DNA from: Vicugna vicugna
Taxonomy: Eukaryota
DNA length: 64,000 nt
Assembly (NCBI GenBank): GCA_013265495.1
Contig: MU058781.1
Coordinates: 3,016,158-3,080,157, forward strand
Reading direction: 5' to 3'
The notes under the pieces are model-generated. The model did no database searches. It was not told the DNA's origin and saw only the letters and a program-made list of their open reading frames with translations. The position numbers and the translations under genes were made by a program. Below are positions 13,820 through 27,270 of this stretch, piece after piece. Position 1 is the stretch's first letter. Each line of letters opens with the position of its first letter.

Positions 13820-15776
13820 CTTTAAATATATTTTAAAGCACAGTGACTATTGTCACATCAAAACCCAACTCAGGGCAAAACTGAAAATAGTAAGTTTGTC
13901 TTGGGACTCCCTATCTACCTCGTCCTTCATTTCACTTGAAAACTGAGAGCCCCTCTCCTCCCAGCATCTGCCCCAGAGCCCCACCACCTGGGGCCAGTCA
14001 CCCCCAGAGTCTCCTTTCTGGAGCTTTGCTGCCACTGCGATGTGGGGCTTGTTACTGCATCGCTCCAGCTCCTTCACGGCAGTCTTCTTCCACTGGGCAC
14101 AGTCTTTCCTGGATAACGAGTCCCTCCGCCTGATAAAGGGCTCCAAGTGAATGGGCAGAGGGCTGAGGATCATGGCGTGCACCCTCTCCCTTTCTGAACC
14201 AAATGCACATCTTTTAGAGTAGATGACTAAAGCTTGTATCTCACCAGTGGCAAGGCTCTGAGGACCAGTGGAAGGAGGGCAGCCTAGTGGCTCGTTCTTG
14301 AGAACAGCACTTGAGGCAGCAGTTACGGCCCTGTGCTGCTCTCTACTTGGCCAGGCCAGCCCAGTTTCAGAGGGAATATTAGTAAAGTCAAGTGGCCCTG
14401 ACTTGACACCCTCTTTTATAAAGAAGGTCCAAATGGGAACACAGTATGGAGTTAAGTACCTGGAATGAGGGTGACCTAGGACTTGGTTGGCAAACTGTTG
14501 TGTGATTATTATGTTTTTGAGCTGTCCATTCTCAAGGGCATGCGGCTATATCTATGGACGGATCAAGTGCTCTTACAGGTATAAATACTTTTAATCTTAC
14601 AGATGTAAATGTTTTTAAAGGGGAAAGCAAGAAAATCAGAGTTTCATTTTCCACATTGTTGTCTGTGCATCAGTTGATCTACAAATTCATAAACTTTTTG
14701 AGAACAACCCCCTTCTATGTTAATTACATGCAAAATGGTTATCCAAAACCACAATACAAGAGTTATCATGTTTTGGACCCTGGCATGGTTGTTTTTCAGT
14801 TTTTCCTGGAAAGTGACTAAACGCCTGTCCCTAGGTAGGTAGGAGATGTTTTTAGTAAAAGCAAGAGGAATCCAGGAGGATAAGAAAAAGAAGGGAAAAA
14901 GTGATCTGATATCTATCCTGGGGCAAACTCTGCTGAAATTCCCAGAGATTTTCAATCATCTGCTCTGCTGAATAAAGCAGCTTGTTATTTTCTCCCATCT
15001 CCATTTTCCCTTGGTTCAATCTTGAGGTAAGAAAGATGAGAGCCTGCTTCTCCGGGGATTCTGCTTTAAAAAGCGTGATGCAAAGAGCAGAAAAAGTCCA
15101 GGGTTAACCTGTTCCTCTCCCAATTCATCTGTGAGTGCTTTGTCAACAGTGAATCCTGCTCATGCAGAGTTCTGCGAAAATCCTCATTAACTCAAGGGGA
15201 GAATTTTTGGAGGTTGAAGATACAGATGATATCAAGATCAGCTCTGTTTTGACATCACATAGCTTGAATTTACTCATCTTTCCCACACACTCAATTTCGG
15301 ACTCTCTCATTTTTTTTTTTTACAGTATAGTTGAAATGGGACATATTATAACATCACAAAATTAGCATCACAGAATTTTCAGGTTGGAAATGGACGTTAT
15401 ACTTCAGTGATTTTCCTTGGCCCCTCCAGTAAAACAGAATTTGTGAGGACCAGACCAGGTCCCAGTGCTACATTTTCAGCAAGCCACCGGGCTACTCTGA
15501 TGGACACTGGAGGTTGAAAACAATCAGTATGGATCATTACATCACTTGCTACTCAGAGTTTGATCCCAGAGTAGCTTGTTAGAAATGCAGAATCTCAGAC
15601 ACCCCAGACCTAGAGAATCAGAATCTGCATTTTTAAAAAGATTGCCAAGTAACTTATGGTGATGTTTGAGATGCAATGATTGAATCTAGTGCACGTTAGA
15701 AACACCTGGTGAGCTTTTACGACCTCAAGGCTGAAGTACCATGGCAAAACCAATTAAGGCAGAATCTTTGGTGGTG

Positions 15777-16192
15777 TGTTACCAAACCAAACTTGGGTCC
15801 ACCTGCCCACAGACAGTAAAGTCAATCTTCTGACATCAGGTTCCAATCAGTCTGGGGTGTATGTGCTTCTGGGCAGATTACAGTTAACTTCTTCCACCTG
15901 GTAGGGGTTTCAGTAGCTGCAAAACAGCTCAAGGGCTGTGACTCAATATTATCTCTAGACCTTGAGGGGGAACTAAAGGTCCTTCACTTCGTTTAATAGC
16001 TGAACTATTATTATTTTGTCTTGCTTGACTATTTTCCTTTCTTTCTGCATTTTCTCACTTCTGATTAAATATACTCTTTGGAACTCGGGGAAGCCTGGGA
16101 GGCTAAAGTTTTTCTACAGATAAGTTACAGGTGGGGGACTTCGGGGGCTTAGTAGGGGGTCTGTGCTGGGAAGGCTCCACAGGTGGGTTACA
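15777..16192 (-). mobile_element. ERV solo LTR (probably ERV1 class) nested in a MER5-like DNA transposon relic
   Basis: TGTTACC...GGTTACA inverted termini; flanks (~15670-15776 and 16193-16263) read as two halves of a MER5-like element. TSD is imperfect. Confidence 0.6.
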
Positions 16193-19100
16193 GTAGTCCC
16201 ATACGGAATCTTTTAAATTGTCTCCGGTGATTCAAATGTGAAACCAGGGCTAAGAACTGCTGACCTCCTATTTGACAGTAAAGGAGGCTTTAACAGCTCC
16301 TTTTGTGCAGCTGTTCTTGCCCGAGTAGCTTTCTTTATCTAGGTCTTTTTTATTAAATGAATCCAAACCATTGGAAAGGTGTAAATGGACTTTTTATTAA
16401 AAGGACTGGACTATGTATCAGGCACTGCCCTTTGCATATTCATTGTATCTATTAACCCTCAAAGAAATTGATGGAGAGAGGAATTATAACGCTCATTTCA
16501 CAGATTAGAAAAGACCGCACGTTGAGATAGCAGCATAACCAGAATTTGAATTCCAGCGTGTCTGACCCCACAACTCCACAGGTAGTAAAGGCAACATTAG
16601 TAACCAAATCATAGTTCTGGAGATGGTAAAGCTCAGAGCCGTTCAGCCACATGCCCAAGTCACACACTTTACAACAGTGAGAAGATGGAAACTGGAATCA
16701 GACGTCTTCTTACCACAGCAACCAATGCCCTGTCTACTGCGTTAGGTTTCTTTTCTCAAAGACCATCAATATCTTTGGTTGTTTAAAATTATATTCAAAA
16801 GGGAAAATACATTAAAAGGCAGCTATTTGACTAAAGTTACTAGACAAACACATTTATGATTCCTGCTCACAATTTCCCCTCTTTAATCATTTTAAATAAT
16901 TCTCGGCCTTGGAACCATTGTTACTTCATCGTGATGCATCTTTTCTGCCGTCTACATTGTTCTTATTCAAACAAAGGGAAATGCCAGTTTTGACAACTGA
17001 TGAATGCCACAGTGAGATGCTAAGAGCCTCTTCAAGTTGTATTTGGAAATAGAAATTCATCTAAAACTCCTCTGTCGACCATTTCATCCCCACCCCTCCA
17101 ACCACCTTCCAACTCCACCTTTTCCCTACCCTGTGAAATCTATCAGAACTGCTAGTTTTTCCATCCTTAGCTTTAAGTGTACTCTGAAGCTAAACTCTAA
17201 GTCTCTGGGACTCTTTGATGTTTGGTTGCTCTCAGTTATTTGCAAATCATTGACAATAATCATCTTCTTGTAATGTCCTCATGCTGTTTCCCTTCCTGGG
17301 TTTAATTCAAGACTCAGCCCCAGTGCCGCCTCCTCTGTGAAGCCTTGCCTGATTTTTCCAGGGCTTTCTCCTGTAGTATTCTGTTCAGCCTACACTATAG
17401 CCACTATCACTGTCTTATTCTGCTTCTGCCACTTCCTAGATACATGAGCTCATATAAACAGCCTTATTTCTCTAACCCTCAGGATCCGAATCAAAATGGA
17501 TCTGATACTAGCTCCAAATTCATAGGGGGTTTTGAGAATTAAAGGAGTTTATATGCCTATAAAGTGTTTTGTACATTGTTGTTCTTAATTATTATTGATG
17601 CCGTGGTTTTGTTATTACTTAGGTGTCTGTTACCTACCGAGATCATGGTGAAGTCTTTAAATACCATTTTCTGGGTGCCTAGTAGCATCCTTGGTATACA
17701 GTAGTATTAAGATTTATTAAATGTCTCTGTTGAACTGAAGGAATGAAAATGCCTAAATCTGCATTACAAACAGAATCTTTGGATCCAGGAAAGGGACTTT
17801 TGACAATTCATGACTGACAAAATAGAACTTCCTAAGGCCTTTAAAGAATTAAAATTTTTAGTTGAAAATAGAGGCTCTATTTAAAGACTGAAGGGAAGGG
17901 AGGGACAGGTAAAAATAATTTTCAATTGCATAGAGACACAGGAAATGGAAGAAAGTCATCAACACTGCTACATCTTCTATAAAACAGAAAGAATTTAAAA
18001 GCCAGAAGCAAAAAGAAAATACAGCAGGAGGCAATTGGTGTACTATTGAAGAGAATTAACCTTTTAAAATAGACTTCCAAGGTTCTTGAATAGTACCCTT
18101 CTTAGAAGAACTTTCTAATATTTAATGTACAATAGTCTGTGAAGGCTGAGTTTTTATTCTGCCTAAAAGTAGAATACTGGAAGAGGTGACCCCTCAACAC
18201 TGACTCTGACGAACTTCATTGAGATCAATTCAAAAGCCGCTCTAAATATGTCTAGGAAGCTAGCTCTGAGCTGTACGTTAGTTGAGGTCCCTCTCCCCTT
18301 CCTTCTTTAGATGCTCGCTGCCCAGTCCAGTCCTTATACTTTTGGGCTGATTAATCCTCAAACCAACTACCATTCACACTCCTGCCTCTGACCAGACTCA
18401 AAGGAAGATGGCCGTAGATACCCACCTAAGCCCCACGCAGGAGAAGTGCACCTTGAGAACCACTCACTGAAAGCCTGGCCATGCCATCTCTAGGAATCTT
18501 GCTTGCCACTTTGTCTTCTGTCTCCATGTCTGTCCCCCCAAATTTTAATATCATGGACTTAGATGTGTCTCATATCTGGACTTGTGAGTCTTATTTGCTC
18601 CTTAAGGATTGAGGCAAAAACAGTGATTGTAAAGCAACTGAATCCTCGTTTGGGGCTGGGTTGCCAATTGGATTATAATCTTTTCCATTCATCAGTCTGC
18701 CTCTCAGAGTCCTGCTAGGACCAGCACAGCAAAATTGGCCACATCTCCTCTGTGTCCTCATGGTGATGACCTAACCAAGTAGTTTACATGCAGCCGTACT
18801 ATTTTTCAGACCCTTGCTTCTGAGAAGTGCTTCAGATGACACTTTCCTTACCCAGATTCCAGCCTTGTTCTTACGGTGCTCAGGTCATCACCCTCAACAA
18901 ATACTTGCTTTGGGGTTTTTTTTGGGGGGGGTTCTTTGTTTTTTTCTCTGTAGCTCTAGCCGGGATGCAGCATGCTGTGCTTCACTCATGAATGACAAGC
19001 TAACTACCAAGCCTTCCCGCCTAACCTCCCACGGACTCCATTTTAGACCTCTAATTGCTCACACTCAGGCTTCCCAAACCTGTGTTTAACGCAAGGAACA

Positions 19101-20218
19101 CTGTGTGTGAAGGAGAGGATGGAGGCAGATCAAGAGGAAAGATATTGTGGAGATACCCAGGCTGCCAATTCTGTCCATATATAGATGATCATGAAATCCA
19201 ACCTCCCATTTCTAAAGTGTGCCCTTGAAACAGGACGTTTCTCTGTATACAAAGCAGCATTTTCGGTGCTGACAACTTACCTGCACGTGGCCTTCCAATG
19301 CTGGCTGTACCTTTGCCCCCAGCAAGCATCTGCTTTGTCACGTACTGTGATTCAGGGCTCATAAGTAGGCCATGAGGACAAGAGAGAGAATATGAGAGGA
19401 TGAGAGACAGAGAAGAGGAAAATCATATGAAAATACAATAAAATAATTCCAGTTAATAACTCTTACTTTCACCTACAGCATAAAAGATGCAGCCCACACA
19501 CAGCCAGCATCCGCCGTGACCCAGTTAGCATAAACAAGTCACAGGCGCTTGGAAAAAATTCTCACTCCTCATTGTTCAAACATCTGTTTCTCTAAAAACT
19601 TTCAGAACTGCCCTCTATGACAGTTGGCCAAGGCAAGGATGCAGAGCCTAGCACATCAAAATCAGTTCATGGTTGATACCGTTTTTAAGGTTTTAAAGAT
19701 ATTTTAGTAAACAATTAGACCCACACAATTATATAAAACCACTGAATGAATATTGGTATTAAATTGGACTTCTGAAATGCTAGGACTGAACAGAGAGATG
19801 ATCTCAGAAATCTGTCTACCTTTTTTTCAATCATAAAAGTAAAACAAGTGTAATACTAAAATCTTTAGGGAAAAAGATGGAAAGGAAAACCAACCCTACA
19901 CATCTGTTATAACTTTTTATTTTACTTTCAGTCACTTTCACACACATTCATACTTTTACAAAGTTACAACTATGGCATATGCAAAATTGGGAATATGAAT
20001 TAAATCTTTCCCAGGGCAGGCTGAAGACTGTCAGAATATTTTGTGGCTTGGGCTTTAGAAGTTCAAACCATGATTACCACTTCTCAGCTTGTGACATTAG
20101 GCAAGCTATTTAATCTCTTTTTGCCTCACTTTTCCTTCTTTTTGCCTCACTTTTGAATGCAAATAATAATGAGTTCTTAACCCAAAAGGTTATTTTTGAG
20201 GATTTAAATGAAACAAAA

Positions 20219-20516
20219 CAGTGTTTCACAAACTATGGTCCAATATATGATTTTGGGGTAATACGTGAACTCTTTTGTAATAATGATGTATCTGTTTTAT
20301 TGTGTTTTTTTTAATGTGAATTGAAAAATACTTGATTGAAATATAAAAATATATAACTGGACTTCATACTTACGGACTACTGCTTAGGACAAGAGGGGAT
20401 AAAAAGGATGACTGAAATCCATTTAAGGGAAAACATTAAGTAATAGTGTAGATGACACTTAGGGGTAGCAAAGTCCATAAAAGTGATATAGGAATGACTG
20501 ACATTCGGAAACACTG
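20219..20516. mobile_element. hAT-Charlie-type MER element inserted into a MIR
   Basis: Terminal inverted repeats CAGTGTTTC ... GAAACACTG; MIR-like sequence on both sides (~20050-20218 and 20517-20585). Confidence 0.6.
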
Positions 20517-20946
20517 AACAAATGAATATAAAACACTAAACAAAATGTCAAGTACTTAATATGCATTTAATACATATTAGCTCATGTGAATTATCTTTTA
20601 ATCTTGTCAGGCCTCAGAGGAAAATGTGAGGGACTCAATCCCCCAAGAGAGACTTCTGCCCAGTTTGGTCTTCTCTGCCGCCATTCATTCCTAATGCAAA
20701 TTTCTAAGTCCTTGGAAAGGTGCAACAGTCTTAAAACACAAGAAAAAGACAAAGCATCAAAACTGATTTTTAAATTAAATTGTTCACAAATCCCAAAAGG
20801 ATCCTCTTTATAGTTTTACTACTGGGAATTTTCTTCCTTCAAATTCGCTTAAAACATCGACTAAACTGTACTGACTTCCTCTGACTTTACAACAAATTCT
20901 AGTTTATTAGACTGTGGCTTCCAAGGGGTGATTTAAATGAATCAGC

Positions 20947-21105
20947 TTTAGGGAGGTTGAAATGCATAAAGGGTGTCAACTGTATGGTGGGATGGAAACT
21001 AAACTTTTGGTGGTGAGCATGCTGGAGTGTATACAGAAGTTGAAATATAATGTCATAGACATGAAACTTATATAATGTTATGAACCAGTGTTACCTCAAT
21101 TTTAA
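20947..21105 (+). mobile_element. Short L1 3'-end insertion with decayed TSD
   Basis: L1 3'UTR-like text (gatggaaactaaacttttggtggtgagcat...ttacctcaat) between aaatgaatcagc (20935-20946) and aaatgagccagc (21106-21117). Confidence 0.65.
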
Positions 21106-24100
21106 AAATGAGCCAGCAATTACCTAAAAATGAGGACATAGATTTAGGAGAATCCACCTTAAATTGTATTTATCTTCATTATTTTATTTTGTTCCCTTAA
21201 GAAAAACATGATATTGTGAAGAAAGTGACATCAAAGGTACCTGAAAGCTACTTCTAACCCAACCGTTAAACAGCCACAAAGCTGGCTGTTCAAGTGTCTG
21301 AACCTCTATCAGCCTTTATTTCCTCATTTGCAAAATGAGGACAGTGCTTGCAATGTTATTAGTATAAGGATAAAATGACATTAATAAATTTAAGTTAGTA
21401 GATTATCAGTGTAGATGGTAGATTCTCAGTAAATATTTGTTGAAGTAATAAGTAAATTGCCACAATAAAGAAAGGAGAGAGCACTCATTGAATAACTGTT
21501 TTGTTCTTCAAGAAGCTCAAAGTCAGTATAATACAAAATACCTTTGGAGAAGCAAAAACAGGATCTCAAAGTGGGAAAAAGGGAATTCAGAGAATTATTC
21601 ATGGAAGAGTTGGTGCCTAAGTTTCGTCCTGGAGTTAACACAATAGCAGGGCATTACTTGCAGAAAGAGACAGCATGTATAGGTCTTTCTATAAGCAATT
21701 CAGTGCAATTGGATCAGAAAATGCAAGAAGGTGAAGATAATACCTGAGACTGCAGGAAAAAAAATAGGGTTCAGGGAAAGAGACCCTGAGCACCAGATTA
21801 AGAAATTTGGCATTTATTCTACAGGAAACACAGAGCATTTGAATGGTTTCTGAAGCTCAAAAACCTTCTAGGCCAGTTGATCCCAAACCTTGTTACATAT
21901 CAGAAATTACATATTCTGCAGCCCTTGCCTAGCTATGCTGATCGGGATCTTTGGGAGTTAAGTACAGTAATCTGGGTTTTTCCTGTTTTGAGGGGTTGTT
22001 TTGTTTTATTTTTGCAGTTCCCAGATGCTTTGATGCAAATAGTGTGAGGTCTAGAATTTGAGACCCATTGAGTAGTCCAATTCTTTACTGTCATAAATGA
22101 GGAAAATGGAGCCCAGAGAGGTAAATGAGTGAAGTGCAAAAAAAATTCAAGATTATATTCATTCAAAATTCACTGTTTTTTGAACACTAACCATAGACTG
22201 GGAATTCAAACTCAAAATAGATAAATCCTCTGGCCTCGAGAAGTTAATTATCTAATATGGAGACAAATAAAGAAATCATTTCTTTTAGTCCCAAAAGATA
22301 AATTCTGGAAGAATCTGCACACTGGGAGTTTTGCAAGGACAAGTGAGGGCATCCAAATGAGACAGAAATGTGTGTGTATGTGTGTGTGTATTGGGGAGAA
22401 AGTTAGATGTGATTCCAAGTTAGTGTCTAAGAGATGATAATTAATCTTTGAGTTAGATTTAGGTAGGAGAGAAAAAAAAATGTTCTGGGCAGTGTGAAGT
22501 GGCATGTGAGAAGGCATATTAAGAGTGTAATACCTTCTGGGAGCTGTACGTATTGCAGAGGGAGAGGTGCATTACAGTTATCTAGACTGGCAAGAAAAGA
22601 GACCAGAATAGTAGGCAGGAGCAAAGGCATGTAAGACTTTGCATGGTTAACTAAGGAATTCCAAACCTGGCATTGAACCCACTAAGGAATCTAATGCAAA
22701 GGAGATCTGCTCTCAGATCAAGACCACAAATATGGAGGACAGTTTAGAGGGAATAAGATTAGAGGAAAAAAGAACCATAAGGAAGCCACTGCAGTAATCC
22801 CAGCAAGAAAGACAGACAGGTTGGAAAGGAAATTGACAGAGTGAATCCAGCAGGAGGGAGGGATCTTTGAAATATTAGGAAAGTTCTTACCAGATTACAT
22901 GTTGGTAAAATAAGTACACCAAGTGTGAGAAGGGGGTATGTCCCATGATCCCCAGATGTTTTACTTGGACTCATTGAGTAGATAATGAAGCTGTTCACTG
23001 AGAAAGAAGATAAAGGAAGAGAATCAAGATGGAGGGGGAAAATATAAATTCAATTTAGAATATATTGAATTTGGAGACACTCTAAAATATCCAAATACAG
23101 ATTACCAGTAGGGGATAAATTCTATAGACATAAAGCTTAGAAAACTATCCAAAACACTCTGTGTGCCTTAGTAATTCCTAAAATAATTTCACTAACGTGT
23201 TACATCTGCCTCTGAATATGTGGTTCCTCTGGGCCTTTAATTTTCCTTCCATATTATTTGAAGGATTGGGAGATTGTTTAAAGGAAACACTTATTTTCTA
23301 AATTAAAAGTTTTTTTTCCTGTGAGTACAATATTTTCTCCCTAGCACTAGTGCTTAAAATTAATAGTCCATTTGAAATATTTGCAAAAACGAAACGTCTG
23401 AAGTTACCAACATTATTCAAATTTCGTCTCGTGTTTTCATAGGAAGCAAAATTCCAAGTTAACCCTTATGAGATCATCTGAAGAAAACAAGTTTGGTTTC
23501 TTTTTAAATCTCAGTGCAGCTCCATCACTTTACAGAACTGTAGGCTGTCACAAAATGTTGCAAAGGAAGAAAAAAAGAGACTCAGCTATAGCTAGTTAAA
23601 AATAGACTTCACTTTTCTTTTGAACCTACGCAATAAGATCTTCTGTTGCATTTAGTTGACTATGCACTATTTGTGACTAAATTTGATTGGTTACACGTGG
23701 AGAAAAAATTACTTGGCTTTGTCCAGTTTTATCCTTGTCTCTGGAAAGCAAAACCATACTTCAAACATCATTCTGGAAAGCTGATTTTTACCTTAGCCCC
23801 ATATCCTACACTAGCGCAATAATCTGGACACGTACACAGAAGTCACAAAAGGAAATGGGAGTGAAGGGAAGACCCACATTTTAAGTGCCATTGGCTTGGT
23901 GTTTATGGCCTCATTAGTCCTGGAACAGGAAATTTGTGAAGTACTTATTATGATCCTCATTTTATAGATGAAGTAATCCATGCTTCTAATCATCAAGTAA
24001 CTCCCTAAGACACACACCTATTAGGCATGGAGCCAGAATTATAATCCTGAACCTAGTGACTTTTCCTACTACACCTTGTAGTCCTATTGTGTACTGATGT

Positions 24101-26765
24101 CCATGGCAATTCTATAAAAGGCTTCCTTGAGCAGATGTGTAGGGATGTATAGACGTTCATGTCTTTCCACACATTCAAAGGTAGGATGTCTTAGTGTTGT
24201 AAGGAATAAATGTGGCAGTTGAATCATTCTATATAATTAGACCCTGAGGTTCAGCTTCTTAAAGTGAATTTTTACCTTATTTACTTGGGAAACTATCACT
24301 AGGGGGTGGTGAGAATTCCATCCTTTAGGTTGAATTCCAGGGGTAGGTGGAGGAGAGGAAGGCAATCTGCCCAAGTCCCCATGGGAACTTATTATACTCA
24401 TAGCCCATTTTCCCCTCTCACTACTGAGGTAGCACATAACAATGAAAGGAAGTTCAGAAAATGTAGACAAACAACAAAACAGGAAGAACTCAACCGGCCC
24501 CATCATCTAAAAACAGGTGCTTTTTACAACCTTGTGAACATTCTTACATTCTTTTTATACGCATACATGTTTTTCCAACCTAAATCAAGCTCCTCAGATT
24601 TATTACCTTCAATTTTCTCTGTCTTAATTTAAAAAAAATTTTAAAAAATTGTATCTTGGGGTAGTTGATTCTAACTGATGTAGGAAATAATCAGACATGG
24701 TTCAGGAGAAAAGAGGAAAAGGTCAACCATGCTTTGTTTTCGCCCAAAGGGTGACTTTGCCAGCTGGATTGATGTTACTGGATCTGTTGTTCTGCCATTA
24801 TTTACTAGACAAGCCTCTGACTAATAACCCTGTAAACTGATCACTGTCATCAGCCCATCTGTAGGCACAACAGAATGCAAATGAAGTAACTATTGAATCT
24901 ATATGGGGTGGGCCTTCCTCTTAGACACGTACATTTGAATTTTTATGTTTTCTCCCCTCCACCACCACAATGTGCTTTTATTCTTATTATAGCCAGATAT
25001 TGCACTTCATTACATTTCAATACCAAGTACCACTTAACAGCATAGTTCATAACAGAACATTAAACGAGCAATAAAATTCAACTGGCCTGTTTTATAGGTG
25101 ATAAAACTGAGGCTTAGGGAAGAAAGGAAAAGCAAAAACATTGTTTATTAAATATCTACCACATACTAGAAGCTATGCATGTTTATTTCATTCGATAATC
25201 ACAAAATTGTAAGTTAGATATGACGGCCCTCAACTTATAGGGAACTAAAACTCCAGGGAATCACACAATTATGAAGACGCAGAGCCCAGATTCCAACGTG
25301 GGTCTTTCTAACTCAGCTTTCCCTACAACATTTTGACTTTCTGGAACGAGGTGATTTACCTGATGGCTAGGTGGTGGCAGACCTGGACTCCTACTATCTA
25401 GTCTGATGCCTGTATCTCTATATCCTGTTATTGTATGTGGGGCTCAAATGAGATTCAACCCCATAGCCTTTGCCCCTAAGATCACTTTGCAAGTGGCCAA
25501 ACCCAACAGTTTACCACACAAAGATAAGTCCAAGTATATATCATCCTTTTGTTCACTGAACATGAACTAGAAGCATTAGAATCTTTAGATTTCAAATTAG
25601 GTCATTAATTACAGCAACTGTATTAAAAATCGGCCATGCAGAATATACAAATAAAAAATACAAACAAATAAAAATAAAATAGAAGATTTAGCATTACCTA
25701 TACTATTAAACAAGATTGGAAAAGTGACTTGTATATCTTAACCAGGCATGTTCAACATTTAAGTAATAGAAAGCTGTTTAGCTTTATGTCCAGCGCAATT
25801 CAACATACCAAGCTTAAAACACGTTTTCCTTTTTGCATCTAGCGTGTTTTAGCAGCCAGCCCCCAGGCACTCTGCACAGTATCTACTTTAAGAAGCTGAG
25901 AGGAAAGGAAGCAATGAACATTTGTTGCCCGCCTACCGTTTGTCAGGCACTGTGTTCGATGTTTTACATTTATTATATAATGTTTTATCCTCCGAAGGCC
26001 CAGTGAGAGAGTTTATTTTATTTCTAGTTTACATGTAAGGAAACTAAAGCTTGGAGAGCTCACAAACTTTTTTTCCAAGATCTAATAAACATTAAGCTTG
26101 GGAATTATGCCATGGTTTAATTTCACAGTGACAGTTTTACTTGAAGTTGGCTAGTAATAATAGTTTTAAAATAATAAATGTTTATTGGGAATTTCCTTTG
26201 CTAAACACTTTACATAGATCACATGTTTGAATCCTCAAAGCAACCCTGAGACATAAGTACTATGTAAGGCCCATTTTATAGATGTACAAGAGGTGAGTGA
26301 CTTGCATAAAATCATTCAGCTATTAAGTATGGAATTGGGGTACAAACTCAGGAAGGCTAACCCCAAAGCCTATGTAATTAAATTTATTGCATATTGTCTA
26401 GAAGGAAAATAATATCCACATTATTTCTATATTCATACAAAGGGAAAATTACAAAGTGCCACAGGTAGAGAGAAAGCGAAAAATACTACATTCTCACATT
26501 GGTGCTGGATTGGGGATGAGAATAAAAACATTTTAGCGATAAAAGACGGGCAGAGTTTAGACAGCCAATGATTGGCAAGAAGAAGGAAAAGAAAGGTTTT
26601 TTCAGTGGAAGCATTTGTACTGTCATTTGATACTGTTTTCTTCATTATTGGATCTTGTGTCTTAAAATTCCCAATTGATCAAGCTGGTTAAGATTTGGGT
26701 TTTCTGGTAGACATAAATGGCATCTAAGCATTCATGATTGATGATTTCGGTCCACTGAGAACCCA

Positions 26766-27270
26766 TGTATGTTACTTACCTAGTGCTGCATATCAAATTA
26801 CCCCAAAACTTAGTGGCTTAAAACAGCAAACATTTGTTATCTCACTGCTTCTGGAGGTCAGAAATTCAAGAATGTCTTAGTTGGGTGGTTCCGGCTCAGA
26901 GTCTGAGGTGGCAGTCAGGATACTGGCCAGAGCTACAGTTATCCAGAGGCTTAACTGGGGCTTCCATGGTGGCTCATGCAAATGGTGCTTGGCAGGAGGC
27001 CTCAGCTTTTTGCCACATGAACCTCTTCACAGGCTTTTTGGGTGTCCTTGTGACATTGCAGCTGGCTTCTCCCAAGACCTAAAAAGAAAACAAAACAGAA
27101 GCTGTAATGTATTTTATGACCTAGTTTTGGAAGTGATACACCATCACTTCTACCATATTGTAGAATGGTCACAGAAGCCAACACTAATTGAATGTGGGAG
27201 GAAGCTATAGTGGGCATGGATACCAAGTGTCGAGGATCATTGGGCGCCATCTTGGAGGTTAGCTATCACA
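26766..27270 (-). mobile_element. MLT1-family (ERVL-MaLR) solo LTR
   Basis: TG...CA ends; typical aaattaccccaaaacttagtggcttaaaaca and ggatcattgggcgccatcttggag...caca segments; ~500 bp. Confidence 0.8.

Noticed and set aside
20114..20154. Tandem duplication of tctttttgcctcactttt (similar one near 49390-49418)
   Set aside because: Ordinary slippage duplications inside old repeats.
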